Of a DNA stretch of 64,000 bases, positions 20,076 to 29,320 are shown in pieces. Numbering within the stretch: the stretch's first letter is position 1; every line of letters starts with the position of its first letter. This DNA comes from an uncultured Candidatus Saccharibacteria bacterium (GTDB lineage Bacteria; Patescibacteriota; Doudnabacteria; UBA920), in NCBI GenBank assembly GCA_964512925.1, contig CAZEKH010000003.1:80772-144771 (forward strand), written 5' to 3'. The translations under genes were made by a program, and so were the position numbers. Under the pieces are notes generated by a model. It was not told where the DNA came from. It was given only the letters and a program-made list of their open reading frames with translations, and ran no database searches.

Positions 20076-20339
20076 ATGCCTAAAAATTTATACGATTTAG
20101 CCTCACCACACATTAATTCAAAAGCTGCAAAATCTTGGGCTGAAACAGGAATAAAGAACGCTATTATATTTTCTTGCAAAGATGAGTTGACCTGTGAAGC
20201 CTGTAAAAGAGCAGATGAACAAAAAATTTCAACTGAGTCTGCCCAAAATCCTGACAATGTTCCTCCTTGGAAATTTTGTACAAGCAAACAGGGTTGTCGC
20301 TGCATCCTAAAACCTATTGTTGATGTTAATGATTTTTAG
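20076..20339 (+). CDS. moron gene 2: Cys-rich small protein paralogous to the C-terminal ~80 aa of the portal-MuF fusion protein
   Basis: Moron SKAAKSWAETGIKNAIIFSCKDELTCEACK...GCRCILKPIV aligns with portal C-terminus NTAAKEAWKQNGISKIIWFTAEDELVCAYCN...NCRCITKPVV. Confidence 0.45.
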   Translation: MPKNLYDLASPHINSKAAKSWAETGIKNAIIFSCKDELTCEACKRADEQKISTESAQNPDNVPPWKFCTSKQGCRCILKPIVDVNDF

Positions 20340-20342
20340 TTT

Positions 20343-20374
20343 AACCCCCGCGCACAGGCGCGGGGTTTTCTTTT
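20343..20374 (+). terminator. rho-independent terminator of the plus-strand moron
   Basis: aacccccgcgc-acag-gcgcggggttttcttttaaa. Perfect 9-bp GC stem followed by a T-run. Confidence 0.65.
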
Positions 20375-20378
20375 AAAC

Positions 20379-21368
20379 TTAGTAAGAAGTTTGTGCATTT
20401 GTAACTAAGCAAGTAATTGCTTTTGAGTCACTGGAGGAATATACTGGTTTGAAACTTACATCTTGCATAATTACATCATTTAATTTAAATTCTCTCCCGA
20501 GTTGGGTGAAATAAACTTTAGCTAAGTCAATTCTAACTAGAGGAGTTGCTGAAGTTCCTATGGTGACATCCGAATTTGCAATATCTATACGAAGTGCTTT
20601 TGCAGTGTTTCCCAAAAATGTTGTTTTAAATGAAGCTTCGTCTTGCCAAAATGCTGTAACACTACCCTCAATTGAAATGTTTTTATTTAAGAAGTCGGCA
20701 GGGTCAACGCTTCCTAAAACAAAATCTTCTTCTATGTTGGCCTTGATAGAAAGTTTAAATGACTTAATTGTTACTGCAGAAGCCGCACCTAAACCTGCTA
20801 AGTTAGAAGCTAACTTAAATGTTACATGTTTGTGCGTGAAGCGGTTTTCGGTACTTGTTGCCGGGGTTAGAGTAGCCGTTGCACCTTTCTTAGCACGAAA
20901 ATCTATTTTGTAGGTTATATATTGACCTAACTCATAGCTGATTTCTAAAGAGTCAATCATTCCAAGACCATGTTTGTAATCTTGCCCACCAGCTGGATCA
21001 TCCAAAAATATAGACAAAGCTTGGTGTTGTGAAGTTTGGCCGACTGTAATTGTGTGGTCTTTTATAGTTCCGCTGCCATCAGCGTTTGCGGCTGTGCTTA
21101 AACTTCCTAAAACATTAAGTAAAATTAAAGCAAAATGTTTGTCAGAAATGGGAGCGGTTAAAGATCCTTTCATGTATTGCTTAGCAATATCCCTACTAAA
21201 TGAGTCTTCAATCACGCCGTAAGACTCTTGGTTAATAATATCTTCCTGTATTTCATCGATGTTTATATCTTTCCAAGGAATCCAAAAACTGGCTGCGGTT
21301 TCAGGTGTTCCGCGCACAGTTTCTTTTGCAATTCCGAATTGAGTTGTTCGTCCTATCGCTTTTGGCAT
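20379..21368 (-). CDS. major tail protein (putative)
   Basis: 329-aa protein in the position of the tail tube gene, downstream of the connector genes. No motif found. Confidence 0.4.
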   Translation of the reverse strand: MPKAIGRTTQFGIAKETVRGTPETAASFWIPWKDINIDEIQEDIINQESYGVIEDSFSRDIAKQYMKGSLTAPISDKHFALILLNVLGSLSTAANADGSGTIKDHTITVGQTSQHQALSIFLDDPAGGQDYKHGLGMIDSLEISYELGQYITYKIDFRAKKGATATLTPATSTENRFTHKHVTFKLASNLAGLGAASAVTIKSFKLSIKANIEEDFVLGSVDPADFLNKNISIEGSVTAFWQDEASFKTTFLGNTAKALRIDIANSDVTIGTSATPLVRIDLAKVYFTQLGREFKLNDVIMQDVSFKPVYSSSDSKAITCLVTNAQTSY

Positions 21369-21559
21369 ATATTTTTTATATTAGTTAATTTTATTAATGG
21401 GTTTTTTAATTTTTTCGTATTTTTCACAAGCCTCTTCCAAACTATCAGCTTCAATAGTAATAGGCTCAAAAAGTGTACCGCCAGAAAAAAAGTAAGCTTC
21501 TTTTGTTTTAACCTGCTCCGGCTTCATGGCTTTGTTTGGATAATCTTTTTCCATAAAAT

Positions 21560-21994
21560 TTATGTTAGTTGTTCAACTGCTCTTACTTTTAAAGTAATTA
21601 AAAATACTGTCATTGAATAATCGGTTTCGCTTATTGGCCCCACTTGGCTAACTGCTGGCTCTAACGCAATACTTAGCCCGTCTAAAGTTTCATTATCAGC
21701 AAATTTTTTTCTGATGACCTCGCTTAAATCTTCCAAGTATGTTTCACCATCAATGTTGTCAGTTTTTTCTATAACTAAAATTTCGAAGGTATGGGTAACT
21801 TCATTATCGCGGTTGGTTGCCCGTTCGCCGCTAAAGCTATTATTTGCCAATACAGCCACGGGAAATTTATCGGTTTTTAGGCTAAAAATGGCCGTTGGCT
21901 TGTTTAAAACTATGACATCGGCTAAATCCCCGGTGTTAACCAAATCGTTCAGCAAATCCCTTATTTTTAGTTTTATATCCCCTGTTTGTGACAT
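21560..21994 (-). CDS. phage head-tail joining/tail completion protein (hypothetical)
   Basis: Assigned by position only. Confidence 0.3.
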   Translation of the reverse strand: MSQTGDIKLKIRDLLNDLVNTGDLADVIVLNKPTAIFSLKTDKFPVAVLANNSFSGERATNRDNEVTHTFEILVIEKTDNIDGETYLEDLSEVIRKKFADNETLDGLSIALEPAVSQVGPISETDYSMTVFLITLKVRAVEQLT

Positions 21995-21995
21995 A

Positions 21996-22406
21996 TTAGT
22001 CGTTGGCTATTTTTTTGGTTATTTGTTCTAAAGCTTTCTTAAAAATGTCGCTAATTTTAATTTGTGATTTTTGCAATATCCTAACCATAAAAGGGTTTGG
22101 GGTTATTCTTGACGTTCCTTCATGTACATAAATTGCATATTGGGCGGTAGGTCCGATTGTACCCTCAAGCTTGCTTGGCGTTGCCCTAACCATGGCAGAC
22201 GCTTCGCTAAAACTAAGCTCTAAATATCCTGTACGTTCTGATCTTGGTGTTTTAAACAAAAACTGTGGATCTCGCGCGTTATAAACAATTTCCGCTAAAC
22301 TAAAATTGATAGCTTTTGCAAAAATTGGTTTGCTGATATCCGGATATTTTTTCAGCCGGTTTTGCAATTCTTTTAATCCCTCAATTTTTACATCTATATT
22401 TGGCAT
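21996..22406 (-). CDS. HK97 gp10-like head-tail protein
   Basis: Size and pattern (EGLKELQNRLKKYPDISKPIFAKAINFSLAEIV...TGYL) resemble the HK97 gp10 family. Confidence 0.4.
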   Translation of the reverse strand: MPNIDVKIEGLKELQNRLKKYPDISKPIFAKAINFSLAEIVYNARDPQFLFKTPRSERTGYLELSFSEASAMVRATPSKLEGTIGPTAQYAIYVHEGTSRITPNPFMVRILQKSQIKISDIFKKALEQITKKIAND

Positions 22407-23054
22407 TTAAATTATCGGCATTACTATTCTCCTATGGGCTTTTAGTGTTTCAGTGTCTTCCATATCCAATTCTTTTGACCAAGTTATGGTATTTGAATTA
22501 AAACTTTCAGACGATTTACCCGGGTGTTCCCGGCGCTGATACCATTTTGTAACTAGTTTTTCCGCAAGCTCTGTTATTTCTGCCGGCAGTGTATGAAGTG
22601 TTTTATTCCCAAAATTTTTAAAGTCAATCAAGTATCCGGCCGTGTAACTTGCGATCCTTAGAGTATTTACGCCTTGGACTAAACCTTGGTTTAAATAGGT
22701 ATAAAACTTAATCATTCCGCTTGATCCGTCCCCAACTAATTCATAGTCGTTATTTGTATATGCTGTCCAAACTGGACTGCCTACAGATCCTTGCCTGTAT
22801 TGGACGGCTCCTAAATTTGTAACAGGGGAATTTTTTAACAATACTATTGTTTCCCTTTGACCCCGCACGGTGTAAAGTTCGTTTGTATATGTGCTGTTTA
22901 AAAAACGCCTGTTGCACTGGTTTTCTATCCAATCAGTTACGCTGTTTATAATGCGTCCTAAAACAATATCTTTTCCGGGTTTGTCAATTGATAGCTTGTC
23001 CTTGACTCGGTCTAAGGTAGTTAGCGCGTATGGATAAATTATTTCGTTAGACAT
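22407..23054 (-). CDS. gp6-like head-tail connector (DNA packaging) protein
   Basis: N-terminal LTTLDRVKDKLSID pattern typical of phage gp6-like connector proteins. Confidence 0.4.
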   Translation of the reverse strand: MSNEIIYPYALTTLDRVKDKLSIDKPGKDIVLGRIINSVTDWIENQCNRRFLNSTYTNELYTVRGQRETIVLLKNSPVTNLGAVQYRQGSVGSPVWTAYTNNDYELVGDGSSGMIKFYTYLNQGLVQGVNTLRIASYTAGYLIDFKNFGNKTLHTLPAEITELAEKLVTKWYQRREHPGKSSESFNSNTITWSKELDMEDTETLKAHRRIVMPII

Positions 23055-23125
23055 AAATTTTTTTTAAAGGCTGGCTCTCTCCCCCTTTGGGTCGATTCAA
23101 AAGGGGAAATTTGCCAATTTTTAAA

Positions 23126-23434
23126 TTAAACGGCCGGGGTTTCCGGGGTGACAGGCTCGGTTGACTCAACGGGCAAAGTTTCGCTTTCCTGGACAGGGGT
23201 TTGTTCAGGCTGGACTACCGGGGTTTCCGGGGTGACAGGGGTTTGTACTTCTTCGGACATTTTAGTTTCCTCTGTGGCTACGGACTCAAAAGACTCCGCA
23301 CCAATTAAATTGATTAACTCTTCACTAAGTTCCAAAACTTTTTTATTGGGTATTATGCCGCCTACGTGGTCGATGCTATGAGAGCCAAGCAAATGCCCAA
23401 CTCCAATGCTATGTAATGCTTTAACTTTTGGCAT
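23126..23434 (-). CDS. hypothetical head protein with PE/PT-rich C-terminus
   Basis: Assigned by position, directly downstream of the capsid gene. Confidence 0.3.
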   Translation of the reverse strand: MPKVKALHSIGVGHLLGSHSIDHVGGIIPNKKVLELSEELINLIGAESFESVATEETKMSEEVQTPVTPETPVVQPEQTPVQESETLPVESTEPVTPETPAV

Positions 23435-23458
23435 AGGTTTTTTTTAATGTTTAAGGCT

Positions 23459-23490
23459 CTTAGGCCCCAAGCAAAAGCCGGGGGCCTAAG
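23459..23490 (-). other. perfect 10-bp hairpin downstream of the major capsid gene (candidate terminator/attenuator)
   Basis: cttaggcccc-aagcaaaagccg-ggggcctaag. Confidence 0.4.
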
Positions 23491-23500
23491 ATTAAAAACT

Positions 23501-24637
23501 TTAGGTGGCAGAAGTTTTTAAAACTGCAAATGCGGTTGGCAAACCAACGGCCATCGCAACTCTTTCCGTAACCCTCAAGACTTTCTGGTTAGCGGCAAAG
23601 GCGTTTACTCCGCCAACTGTCGCGGCGTCAGAAATATCTACTGTCATACCCATTCTATCGCCGAAGAATAGATATTTAAGGTTTCCAAATATGATATATT
23701 TGGTTGAAACTGCGGTGCTGGACGGCATCTTTTCTGAAAGATATACCGGGTAATTCCAGATATATGCGGCTGGAACCAATACCGGGGACTCGGCGCCTGC
23801 TCCATAAATTACCGGAGTTGGGCTGGTAACAATGTAGTTACCAGCAGTATCTTTCTGCTTTTGGGCGATCGCCAAAACCAAGCGGTGCATTATAAATGCC
23901 GCGCCAGACAAAGCGGTCGGTTTAACCTGGGCGATAAGATCGCGCAAGTTGTCGGCCGTGGTGCAAAGGGTAAAGGTACTGTTACCAGCGGACGGGGTAT
24001 TAATGGTGACGTTTGCGTCGCCCAGAATACCAGTAAAAGGAGAACCAGTGCCGGTCAAACCTTGGCTATCTTCTTCACCTGCAATGGCTTCTGCTATAAT
24101 TTCGAGTAACCAGTCGGTTACGGAAATGTTAGCGTCGGCCAAAAGTTCGTTAGAAACAGCGGTCAAAACGACGGCGGTTTTAGCGGTTAAAACCACATTA
24201 CCCAAAACCGGGTCAGAGGCTGTGCCGGCGGTGTTTTCACCCGGCCAGTAAACAGTTACCGAGCTGGTCAAACGAGGCAAATTTAAAATCTGTTCGTTCA
24301 TTGTGAATTTGGTTGCGAATTTACGAACCAAACCAAAGTCCTCAACAATGCGGGCAATGCCTTGCTGAATTTCCTGCGGGACCAAGTAACCACCGGCTGT
24401 GGTAGTACCTTCGGAAAGAGCTTTAAGCTTTTCAGCAAACTCTTTCTTTTTGGCCAAGGAAATGCCGGACTTGCGCATATTGGACACTAACCTGCTAAGG
24501 TCGATTTGTTCGATCATAGCTTTAACTCTCGCGTCAACGGATGCGTCCACCATTTGGGGAACCTGCTCCTTGATAGCAGTTGCGGCGGCTTCTTTGAATT
24601 TCTCGGTCAAAGTTGCCATTGCTTTTTCGTCAAACAT
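23501..24637 (-). CDS. major capsid protein, HK97-like
   Basis: 378 aa. N-terminal coiled-coil delta domain followed by GGYLVPQEI..., as in HK97-fold capsids. It follows the prohead protease gene. Confidence 0.8.
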   Translation of the reverse strand: MFDEKAMATLTEKFKEAAATAIKEQVPQMVDASVDARVKAMIEQIDLSRLVSNMRKSGISLAKKKEFAEKLKALSEGTTTAGGYLVPQEIQQGIARIVEDFGLVRKFATKFTMNEQILNLPRLTSSVTVYWPGENTAGTASDPVLGNVVLTAKTAVVLTAVSNELLADANISVTDWLLEIIAEAIAGEEDSQGLTGTGSPFTGILGDANVTINTPSAGNSTFTLCTTADNLRDLIAQVKPTALSGAAFIMHRLVLAIAQKQKDTAGNYIVTSPTPVIYGAGAESPVLVPAAYIWNYPVYLSEKMPSSTAVSTKYIIFGNLKYLFFGDRMGMTVDISDAATVGGVNAFAANQKVLRVTERVAMAVGLPTAFAVLKTSAT

Positions 24638-24649
24638 ATATTTTGTTTG

Positions 24650-25813
24650 TTAATTATTTAGAGCGGCTAATTTTTTATTTGCAACTGCCCCGGCCTCGCT
24701 CAATGCCGTTACAGCTGCGCCAGTAAGCTTCTTAACTAAAAGCCATTGATCCAAAGCCTTTATGTCCTCGTCGCTTAACTGAATTTGTTTTTTGGTTTCC
24801 TCGCCCTTATTTTCTAAAGGCTGATCTACCTGCTTATCACCCTGCTCGGTTGCGTCATACAACTCTTGCAAGGCGCCTTGTGTAGCCGTTAAGCCATCAA
24901 TTGTTGATTTTATAAGTGTCCTGTTTTTTTCCGAAAGCACCCGTCCAGCTTTTACTTTTAAAAATTCAATATGTTTAAATTTTTCCACTTTTACCGCCGC
25001 GGAAATTAAGCTTTTTTCTGCCATATCTTCGCCTTCCGGATCATTAGCCAACACAGTCAACATACCGGCTGTTTCAAGTAGTAATTCCTTAAACTGCTCT
25101 GGTTTAGTTTCGGGCTGTAAATACACGCCACAGAAAGCAGAAATAATATCGTATACATCATCCACGTTATCCCATTTTTCCTGCATGGTATCGAATGTGA
25201 TTGTTTCCATAGCTGCAAGCCTATCTGCAACCGCACCTTTTTCATCCTGCACATCTGCTGTAGTTTCAAATTTAGGTTCAAATCCTTTCGTTTTTAACAT
25301 TTCCATATTTACCCCAGCTTCTTCTACTTGGCGCAATGATAATGCCTGCGGGTTAGCCGGCACCGGTACTACACTAACCTCTAACAGTTCGGATTTTGTG
25401 ATTATATTGCCGTTCATTTCCTTTGGAATAAATCCAACGGAAACGGTGTTGACCATTTTAAGGTCATAAAGTTTTCGGATCTGTTGGGCAAAATCAGTCG
25501 GCGCAAATCTTCCCTCGATTATTAAATTGCCATTTTCCATTCCAGCCTTGTCTACAACCCCGATCGGCGGCTGGGTGTAGTCATGCGCCCAAAGTAGTAC
25601 CGGGTTGGTTAAATAGTTAGCCAAATCCCAGCCTTTTTGGTCGATGCTTTCGCCTTGCCTATCAATGGCTGGGGTGGAAGCCACAAACTTAAAAGTTCCA
25701 GTATCAGTTTTAGCTTTAGTTTCAATTATAAGATCCTGATTTTCTTTTGTTGAAAGACTGGCAAATAACTGTGCTTTTAAATCCTCTGTAAGTTTTTTGA
25801 AAATATCTTGCAT
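24650..25813 (-). CDS. prohead protease (HK97/U35-like) with C-terminal scaffold-like coiled coil
   Basis: LLEVSVVPVPANPQA serine-protease motif region, then a long charged coiled-coil tail. Confidence 0.75.
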   Translation of the reverse strand: MQDIFKKLTEDLKAQLFASLSTKENQDLIIETKAKTDTGTFKFVASTPAIDRQGESIDQKGWDLANYLTNPVLLWAHDYTQPPIGVVDKAGMENGNLIIEGRFAPTDFAQQIRKLYDLKMVNTVSVGFIPKEMNGNIITKSELLEVSVVPVPANPQALSLRQVEEAGVNMEMLKTKGFEPKFETTADVQDEKGAVADRLAAMETITFDTMQEKWDNVDDVYDIISAFCGVYLQPETKPEQFKELLLETAGMLTVLANDPEGEDMAEKSLISAAVKVEKFKHIEFLKVKAGRVLSEKNRTLIKSTIDGLTATQGALQELYDATEQGDKQVDQPLENKGEETKKQIQLSDEDIKALDQWLLVKKLTGAAVTALSEAGAVANKKLAALNN

Positions 25814-25831
25814 ATTTTTATTATTTTTAAT

Positions 25832-26158
25832 TTAAGATTTAGGTAATTTAGGCAATACTCTGATTTTTATTCCCGAGTAAGTAACTGTTTGTCCTGAAAT
25901 AGTCACCTTAATTTCTGCATCAAATTCCCCTATTTCGTCAAAATTTCCTGTGGCCACGGTATATTTGCAAGTGCCGGCGGGGCCGCTTACAATACTCATC
26001 GATCCAGTAAACTTAAGTCCTGTGTTGTGTTGTTTTTGAACATTCAACACAATTGTCGCGCCGGTTATGTTAATAACCCCGCCTGAATAGTCCTGTAATG
26101 TGAAATTCAGATCATAACCTACATCGTCTTGTATAACTTCGGTATTAGTTATTTGCAT
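25832..26158 (-). CDS. hypothetical Ig/beta-sandwich-like structural protein
   Basis: 108 aa. Assigned by position. Confidence 0.3.
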   Translation of the reverse strand: MQITNTEVIQDDVGYDLNFTLQDYSGGVINITGATIVLNVQKQHNTGLKFTGSMSIVSGPAGTCKYTVATGNFDEIGEFDAEIKVTISGQTVTYSGIKIRVLPKLPKS

Positions 26159-26159
26159 A

Positions 26160-27683
26160 TTATTTGGGCAGTCTTAAAGTATTATTTTTTTTAGTATCTT
26201 TAAGTCCAATGGAATTTTTAAATACTTGTTTTAAAATATAACTTTTGATTTTTGAAAACCCTGCCATACTGGCTGAAAAAACATTCAACAAATCAACAAA
26301 TAAATTGCTTTCAACAAAAGTTTTATAGATTTTTTTTACTAGACTATCAGTTACCGAAACTACTTCCGACAATGTTTTAAGAAAAACTCTGATTGAAGTT
26401 ACAATATCTGTATACACCGCTGATTCCGTAAATGTTTTTGTTATTTGTTTAACAAGACTATCCACATAACTCTGAATTTCGCTAAATGTTTTAGTTACTG
26501 ACTTAACCAAACTATCACTGCTTGTTACAGTTTCGGTTAGAGTTTTTAAAAAAACCCTTATTGTGGTTAAAACATCGCTGTTGGTTACTGCATCTGTTAA
26601 CCTTTTTGTGACACTTTTTGTCAAAGTATCAACTATAGACCGTGCTTCGCTTAATATCTTGTTGACCGATTTAACTAAACTATCAGTATTGGTTACAGTT
26701 TCAACCAAATTTTTAAGAAAAATTCGGATTGTTGTTAATGTATCGCTGTTGTTTATACTTTCGTTTAATCTTTTTAAGACACTGCGTATTAATGAGTCAG
26801 TAAAGTTTTGAATTTCAGTATTATTTTTTGATACACTTTTAACAAGGATATTTCCCATCAAATTATTTTCCGCAAACAGTTTTGCAACTTGTTTTGTTAA
26901 AGTATCATTTATTGAAGTTAATTCGGTTAATGTTTGAAAGTATGAACCAGCATTCAAATTTCCCATTATTTTGTCAGGAAAAACAAGTAAACTGTAAGGA
27001 TTGCGACTGATAATTCTAACTTCATGAGGACTTAAAACGCGATTATATTTAAGAAAATATCCTATATTTCCATCATAAAATTTTTCTGCGGCTGGCCAGT
27101 GACCGGCTCCTATTGCGGTGTTAGACAAATTAAATCCTTGTATATTTGTCCCATTTCCATCTTTATTACCATCTAAATAAAATTGATAGTCTCCAGTAGT
27201 GGAGTTATAACTTAATCCACCGTGGTGAAATTTATTTGCTGTAAGCGCGGTGTTGCTTTGGCCTAATTGCAAAGTTTGCGAAGATAAAAATCCTTGAACC
27301 GATGCATACCATCTGTATTCAATTCCTGCGCTTGCATTTGTTGTATAAATTCCGTTTACTTGCGCCCCTGGGTTATCCAGCTCCGCCCCAACTAACAAAG
27401 TAAATGTTTGGCTCATATACTTTGCGTCAGTACCCATATCTATATACATCGTTCCCGAGTAAAATCTCGGCGTTACCCCATCACCTTGCACCGATGTCCA
27501 TTTTTGATCATTTGGGTTTGTTAAAGTAAATGTTTTGTTATCAACCAAATTTCGGACAGTATTGCCTCCGCGTTCCAAAAAGAAAAAAGCAATATCAAGT
27601 CCTCTGGTCAACGGATTATTTCTATCCAAAACCGCTCCAGCTGGTGGTTTTATTTTCCAAGTTTTTGGACGTAAAATAATCAT
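26160..27683 (-). CDS. LamG/concanavalin-like domain protein with about five tandem ~40-aa repeats (candidate head fibre/adhesin)
   Basis: N-terminal lectin-like domain (...YFLKYNRVLSPHEV...). C-terminal imperfect repeats such as TDSLVKSVTKTFSEIQSYVDSLVKQITKTFTE, with visible ~120-nt DNA periodicity at 26300-26850. Confidence 0.45.
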   Translation of the reverse strand: MIILRPKTWKIKPPAGAVLDRNNPLTRGLDIAFFFLERGGNTVRNLVDNKTFTLTNPNDQKWTSVQGDGVTPRFYSGTMYIDMGTDAKYMSQTFTLLVGAELDNPGAQVNGIYTTNASAGIEYRWYASVQGFLSSQTLQLGQSNTALTANKFHHGGLSYNSTTGDYQFYLDGNKDGNGTNIQGFNLSNTAIGAGHWPAAEKFYDGNIGYFLKYNRVLSPHEVRIISRNPYSLLVFPDKIMGNLNAGSYFQTLTELTSINDTLTKQVAKLFAENNLMGNILVKSVSKNNTEIQNFTDSLIRSVLKRLNESINNSDTLTTIRIFLKNLVETVTNTDSLVKSVNKILSEARSIVDTLTKSVTKRLTDAVTNSDVLTTIRVFLKTLTETVTSSDSLVKSVTKTFSEIQSYVDSLVKQITKTFTESAVYTDIVTSIRVFLKTLSEVVSVTDSLVKKIYKTFVESNLFVDLLNVFSASMAGFSKIKSYILKQVFKNSIGLKDTKKNNTLRLPK

Positions 27684-27685
27684 AT

Positions 27686-28165
27686 TTATACCGCTTGCGC
27701 ATACAAACCTTGATAAATTTTGGCGTGGTTGCCTTCGGTAGAATCCAAGGCAGCGCCGGATTTATTTTCAACAACAATACCCCACTTTTCAGGCATAACG
27801 CCGCCAAACGCTTGTGCTACTGAAAATGTAGCTTTGTAAGTTGTAGCGTTTGAAACAACATTGATTACGCCCAAAAATTTAAGGTTTGTTGGTGAAATTA
27901 AAGTTATAGCCGCATCAGTAGAGCCGGCATTTTCGGTTCTATTGGTCCCGCCATCAGCCGTACCATACGCATAAACATTCACATAACCGGTAGTTAACAC
28001 GCCGGACGCTCCGCTCTTAATGTTTAGGTGCAAAATTACATCCATAAAAACATTTGTGCTGTTGTCAATTTCTGTGGACTGCCTAGCCGAGTTATTAGCT
28101 AAAGAGGCTAAAGAGCAAGTGATGCTTTGATTATTGGTTCCAAATTTTTGTTTAATATCAGCCAT
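27686..28165 (-). CDS. hypothetical structural protein
   Basis: Assigned by position between portal and protease. Confidence 0.3.
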   Translation of the reverse strand: MADIKQKFGTNNQSITCSLASLANNSARQSTEIDNSTNVFMDVILHLNIKSGASGVLTTGYVNVYAYGTADGGTNRTENAGSTDAAITLISPTNLKFLGVINVVSNATTYKATFSVAQAFGGVMPEKWGIVVENKSGAALDSTEGNHAKIYQGLYAQAV

Positions 28166-28169
28166 ATTT

Positions 28170-28673
28170 TTATATTGCCAACGCTTGTGCTATATCGTCA
28201 GCGGTTATGGAATTATTTATGTAAGGAATACCAGAGGTTATAACATTGAAGCGTGGGGCAAAATCCTGTTTAACTGTTCTTTCTTTTTCTACATCCCTTG
28301 CTGGATGTACTTTACTGTTTGCTGTTGAAACAATACTCGCAAATTCAGTATTAAGTGTGGTAGTTCCTGAAACAACCGAACCATCTGGTTTTACAATTCT
28401 GTTATCCCCAATATATGGGTAAGATTTAGTAACTTCCTCGTATGCTTGCCTAAAAGTTACCTCTGGCTCGTGGATAGTATCTACAACCACGTGGCTTATT
28501 GAATAAGGACTATTCATCAAGTCCGCAATTTCTTGATTGTTTTTGCCGGCATATCCCTGCTCTGCCGGATCATTTTGTATTTCTTCTTTAACTTTCAAAA
28601 GTGCTTGATTCAAATAAGCCTGGGCTTGTTCTGGCGAAACTCCGTCAGATATTAATGCGTTGTTATTAATCAT
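28170..28673 (-). CDS. hypothetical structural protein
   Basis: Assigned by position. Confidence 0.3.
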   Translation of the reverse strand: MINNNALISDGVSPEQAQAYLNQALLKVKEEIQNDPAEQGYAGKNNQEIADLMNSPYSISHVVVDTIHEPEVTFRQAYEEVTKSYPYIGDNRIVKPDGSVVSGTTTLNTEFASIVSTANSKVHPARDVEKERTVKQDFAPRFNVITSGIPYINNSITADDIAQALAI

Positions 28674-28685
28674 ATTTTTTATAAA

Positions 28686-29288
28686 TTAAGAGGCTTGAAT
28701 TTTCCAAGTAAACTGCAAGCTGTCGCCGGATGCTAAGTTGACGGCAGTAAATACTTGCCTGCAAAGCATTGTCCCAGCTGTAGCGGCATTAAATACCCCA
28801 CTTTCGGTAACCGCAATTGTAGCGGACGCGGTAGCAGTTCCCTGCAATTGGGCAGTGTCGTTGGTAACAGTGGTTGTTACGCGCGAGGCGGTTGGCGCGG
28901 CAATAACATGGGTTGTAGTTGCGCCGTTCGAGGCATCTTTTTCGGTTTGTAGCGCGGTGTCGCCGGCAGCGGCCGCGGTTGTACCAGTCCCCCAGCCAAT
29001 ATATGCAAATACTGCTTCGGCGCCCGATCCGTTGATCCTTGAAGCAATAGCGGCTTTACCAGCCGAAACGACGAGGTTTGCTACAACTCTTTTGTTGGAC
29101 CAAGAGCCAAACAAAAAATCCAATTTGCCTAAAGCCCCATTAATCCAGTTAGGATTTAACAAATTCTTTTTTAACAAAAACCTAGTCAAAGAGTTTTCCT
29201 GAAACATTGGTTTAATGTTTCCGTCTTTGTCAAAATGCTGGTACTCAACAACCCCCAGCGGGGTTAAATTTTCGCTTTTCAATTCCAT
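28686..29288 (-). CDS. hypothetical Ala/Thr-rich structural protein
   Basis: Assigned by position. Low-complexity A/T/G-rich C-terminal half. Confidence 0.3.
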   Translation of the reverse strand: MELKSENLTPLGVVEYQHFDKDGNIKPMFQENSLTRFLLKKNLLNPNWINGALGKLDFLFGSWSNKRVVANLVVSAGKAAIASRINGSGAEAVFAYIGWGTGTTAAAAGDTALQTEKDASNGATTTHVIAAPTASRVTTTVTNDTAQLQGTATASATIAVTESGVFNAATAGTMLCRQVFTAVNLASGDSLQFTWKIQAS

Positions 29289-29320
29289 ATTTTTTTACTT
29301 AATTTTTTAAGTTTATAAAT

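Noticed and set aside
23070-23110. GC-rich hairpin ccccctttgggtcgattcaaaagggg after the connector gene as another GT2-type inserted element
   Set aside because: It is intergenic and resembles a simple terminator. It lacks the CCCTCCCC/GGGGAGGG core.
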